Shown piece by piece: positions 37,049 through 64,000 of a stretch of 64,000 nt of DNA (its first letter is position 1; every line of letters starts with the position of its first letter). The position numbers and the translations under genes were made by a program. This DNA comes from Amoebidium appalachense (Eukaryota; Protista; Ichthyosporea). The notes beneath the pieces were generated by a model. The model worked only from the letters and a program-made list of their open reading frames with translations. It was not told where the DNA came from and did no database searches. The stretch spans positions 7,760,830 through 7,824,829 of the forward strand of contig CAVNZM010000008.1 in the NCBI GenBank assembly GCA_963693365.1, in the 5' to 3' direction.

Positions 37049-38476
37049 CGAAGGGGGAGAATGGGGAAGGTGATGAAGAGAGGGAGAGGGACGGGGAAAG
37101 CGGGGGGAAGGAGGGGGAGGAGGGAACTCGAGTTGTGAGCAAGGCCTTCAGATAAATTGTGAGATAGGAAAACGAAAGTTCGAATTCGAACCTTTCTAAA
37201 CAGAGGCTTCGAGGTTCAAGGGTCAGACGGGCCCGGGGGCCGGGAGTTCGGACACACCCAGGGCGGCGCAAACAGTCGATTGGCTAACACAGCACCCTCC
37301 GTTTTTTCGTAATTTTGTTCAGGAGGGCATTGGAACTTTCGAAAATACCTTACAAGGGGGGTTTTGATGCAGTGTACAGTCTACATACCAGGAGGGACAT
37401 ATCATTGGTACCTTGCGGTGGGTAAAAATGGGTTGAAATAAAAAATATTTACAATATCAAACAGCGAATATCTAAAATCAAAGCATCTAACATAGAAAGA
37501 TGGGGAGTTGATGGTAGGAAAGCCGCATGCGGCATGCCATGCGCATCCGTCAAACGCGGGGGTAAATAAACGAGTTAAACTTTCATATTCTACTTTCCTT
37601 CCAAGCCGTAATCTTCTTAATCCAACAACATTGAGGTCCGTTTTTTTTGGTTTGGGTTCAGATCTGGTTTCGATCGATCATATGGCATGCACCTTGTGAC
37701 ATAGGACAGGTGATTTATTGAAAATCAGAAGCCAACGTGATCTAGGTGAATGGATAAAAACTATTAAGTTATATTTTTCTTTATTTTGACTTTTCTGCGC
37801 TTCTCATTTTTCGGGGGGAAGCGCTTGTTGCAAAGGCCACTAATTTTCTTATCAACTTATCAGTTTTCAAAGTCACGTTTGATTTGTCAAATATCACGTA
37901 GAAGAGTTACCGGAAGCCAATACACTGCGCACCGCACTGGCTCGTTTCGTTCCGTAACACAGGAGATTAGGACCCGCATCGTTTCGTGTTACCACTCGAA
38001 AAAATAGGGGTGAGACGGAAAACACATGTTCAACTACATATTTTCTTTACAACAATAAGTTTCAAGTTTCAAGATTGAAGGAAATTTAGATGCTCGAATG
38101 TGTGAAACGTAGCTACACTTTGAGCAGTCATCAGTAGAACCTGTGCATGGATAACGAGTGAGTGAGTACCTGTTTACAGCTACCAACACTGTCATCCATA
38201 TTCGACCACCTAACTTCCGTGATAAACATCGTGGTTGAAGACTAGAGGGTCATGAAAAACATATTAGCTACAGAATAATTTAAGCTCGGAAGTACTGTAT
38301 GTGACCAAAAGCTTTTGCTGTTTCATCCGTAGTAAAAGGCGGAGTGGGTTGCTTTGTGACCTGTCACCAGCGTCGTCTAGTTCTGCCCCTCTATTAAGTT
38401 TATTCTGTTAGAAAGCTGTTAGATCTATAGCGAATTTTTGTGCAAGAGACCCCCATTACGGCGGGCGTCAACGGAA

Positions 38477-61739
<23,263 letters not shown>

Positions 61740-61993
61740 AATGAGGAATGCTTTTTAGTTGTTTTAGGGAGATTTATGTGCCCGGCGGTGGCTTCGGGTG
61801 TTAACGGAAGGTTTAGCTGTACCTTCAGTAGTTCAAGGGTAATGTGTGGGAGAAAGAAAACCAGATGTGTCCGCATGTGCGCGGACACACAACACACGCA
61901 TACACACAATGGTTATGTATACGTGCACACACACGGGCGCACGTGCGTATGAAAAAACTGACTGGCCAGGAGGGTAAATTCTGTTTGTTCTTT

Positions 61994-62045
<52 letters not shown>

Positions 62046-62345
62046 GCTCTTCGGTAGAGGTCAGATTTTGTGGTACCGAAAACTCCCTTCTGACAAATGA
62101 CACGCACATACAACACACACAGACGCGCCTACCTAAGCAACTAAGCGAAACCCGCTTCTGTTTTCAATAGAGATTTCGTATGTACATGTGCAAGCTTGTT
62201 GATAATTGAATTTTTCAGTTTTTCAAACAACCCTGTCGATAGTAAATCTGACGCATTTGCGTTGTAGACAGTAATATTCGAAAACACCAGTTAGTAGCCG
62301 ACTAATTATAGTCGCTGAGAGTTTTTTTTTTAGTTTTTTTTTTTT

Positions 62346-62387
<42 letters not shown>

Positions 62388-63197
62388 GTTGTAATGTATT
62401 ACTTGTGGTGTTTGCACCCCGGGGGAGGGAAAGATGGGGCAGGGGAGGGGGGGGGGGGGGGGGGGGGGGGACCATAAATACGCATGCATGCCAATAATGT
62501 TTGAAGACACAGAGGACCCCTAATAGCCGCGTATTGAAATAGTTGGCTAGGGTAGAGCCCTGTGAATGGACACGAAAGTGATAATCGAACCAGGTAGAAT
62601 AATCGAGATGCTTCTCTTTTCGTATTGCCTTAACCACTTCGTGCCTTGTTTTTACCACTGTACCTCACTCTCGTTTGAGTGAAAACGTTTGAATGTAGAG
62701 TTACAGTAGGCAGAGAAGGGTATTGCTCGCGAGGGGGATAGGGGGAGGGGGGGGGGGGGGGGGGGGGGGGAAGGAGGGAGTAAAGTTCTGTACACGTAAA
62801 ATGTAAATGTAAAAGTATGATGTGCTACCGTGACGTGTAAGCTTTTCCTAGCTGAAATATGACCACTCATAATTTCCAAGGTGCAAATCGATCACTTGGA
62901 TAATCAGTGGTTACCGCTTGAATACTCGAGCAATTTAAAGTACTCAACAATAAAGAAATAATAAAAAGTGTGCCGGGATATTTTCTTTGTGTGTATGCTA
63001 TTGTAACAGTTGACAATGTACCTTCAAGGGCTAAAAACAAGAGAATCGTGTGTGTGTTGCCGGCAGGGGGGGGAGGGGAGGGTTGTTGTTGTTTAACAAT
63101 GATGTGTTGACCTAAAAGAAGACTTCGGTATATTATGTGTGTGTATGACGGCCATTATGTATGACACGGTGTGTGTGCGCGTGTACTGTGTGTGCAG

Positions 63198-63265
<68 letters not shown>

Positions 63266-63440
63266 CTGTGTGGCTGTGTGCGTGCGCGTGTGTGTGCTTA
63301 CGCGTGCGGTTGCCGTTTGGAAGAGGAGGGGGGTGGGTGGGTTGAGGGGGAGCAAAGGAACATTAAGGGGGGGGTGGTGTGTGGGTGGTGTGTGAGTGGG
63401 GAGGGGGGGGGAGAAGGGAGGGGGGGAGGGGGGGGGGAGG

Positions 63441-63568
63441 GGGGCAAAGAGGGGGAGAGCCTCGAGGGGGGTGGGGTGAATAAACGGGGGGGGGGGGGGG
63501 GGGGGGGGAGGGGGGGGGGGGGCAAAGAGGGGGAGAGCCTCGAGGGGGTGGGGTGAATAAACGGGGGG
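63441..63568. repeat. ~50-bp direct repeat x2
   Basis: ggcaaagagggggagagcctcgagggg..tggggtgaataaacggg occurs twice, separated by a G tract. Confidence 0.8.
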
Positions 63569-63771
63569 AAGGAACATGTTGGGGGGGGGGGGGGGGGGGT
63601 TTGAATAAACCACTCTGAAATGCAACACTCACAATCACGGAGAGGGGGGGGGGGGGGGGGGGGGGATGTTAAGTGGTGAATGGATCTTGTTGGGATTTAT
63701 TTTTTTCGATTGAGGACCGGAGGGAATGGGGGGGAGGGAAGGGTGTGTGTGTGTGTACAACTGTGTGTGTG

Positions 63772-63817
<46 letters not shown>

Positions 63818-63853
63818 ACCGTCTCCGGCCCCGGCCCACAATTTGCCTTACAG

Positions 63854-63891
63854 ATCCCATTAGGACACCTACCGTAAAATGAATTGCAAAG
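63854..63891 (+). other. Possible exon containing the start codon of the next gene (ATG at 63879: MNCK...)
   Basis: The segment has a good acceptor (ccttacag) and donor (AAG/gtgagt). No frame is open across the whole segment. Confidence 0.3.
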
Positions 63892-64000
63892 GTGAGTGGG
63901 AGGGGGAGGGGGGCGGGGTAGTGTGTGTGTGTGTGTGTGTATGTGTGTATGTGAGGGGAGTGGGGGGTACAACAACTAGAGTGAACCACCCATTCTAAGA

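Noticed and set aside
62500-62700. Minus-strand peptide HEVVKAIRK reminiscent of a LINE RT-adjacent region
   Set aside because: Too short, with no following conserved motifs.

Overview
This is eukaryotic, very intron-rich DNA. Short GT-AG exons sit among poly-C/poly-G tracts and (CA/GT)n, (CT/GA)n microsatellites, so most entries in the ORF track are repeat artefacts. Splicing by hand gives four loci. (1) A + strand TCERG1/CA150-like gene (Pro-rich, 3 WW, FF repeats; 20 exons, 133-18115). (2) A degenerate - strand SP-RING/zf-MIZ (PIAS/SIZ-like) pseudogene, about 1.2 kb of which is duplicated almost identically (18695-19900 and 21490-22695). (3) Two tandem - strand 4-exon paralogs of about 137 aa with a DUF2470-like fold signature but without the family's His motif (26057-29454 and 31689-35573). 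(4) A + strand 33-exon Greatwall/Rim15/IRE-family AGC kinase (38477-61739). Non-coding structure includes a piggyBac-type MITE with TTAA TSD, two inverted copies of a ~375-bp TIR element made of palindromic 20-bp units, a small TIR element, a dispersed short repeat, and hammerhead-like remnants. The lineage is possibly a unicellular holozoan, which is inference only. All calls were made by eye; no searches were run.
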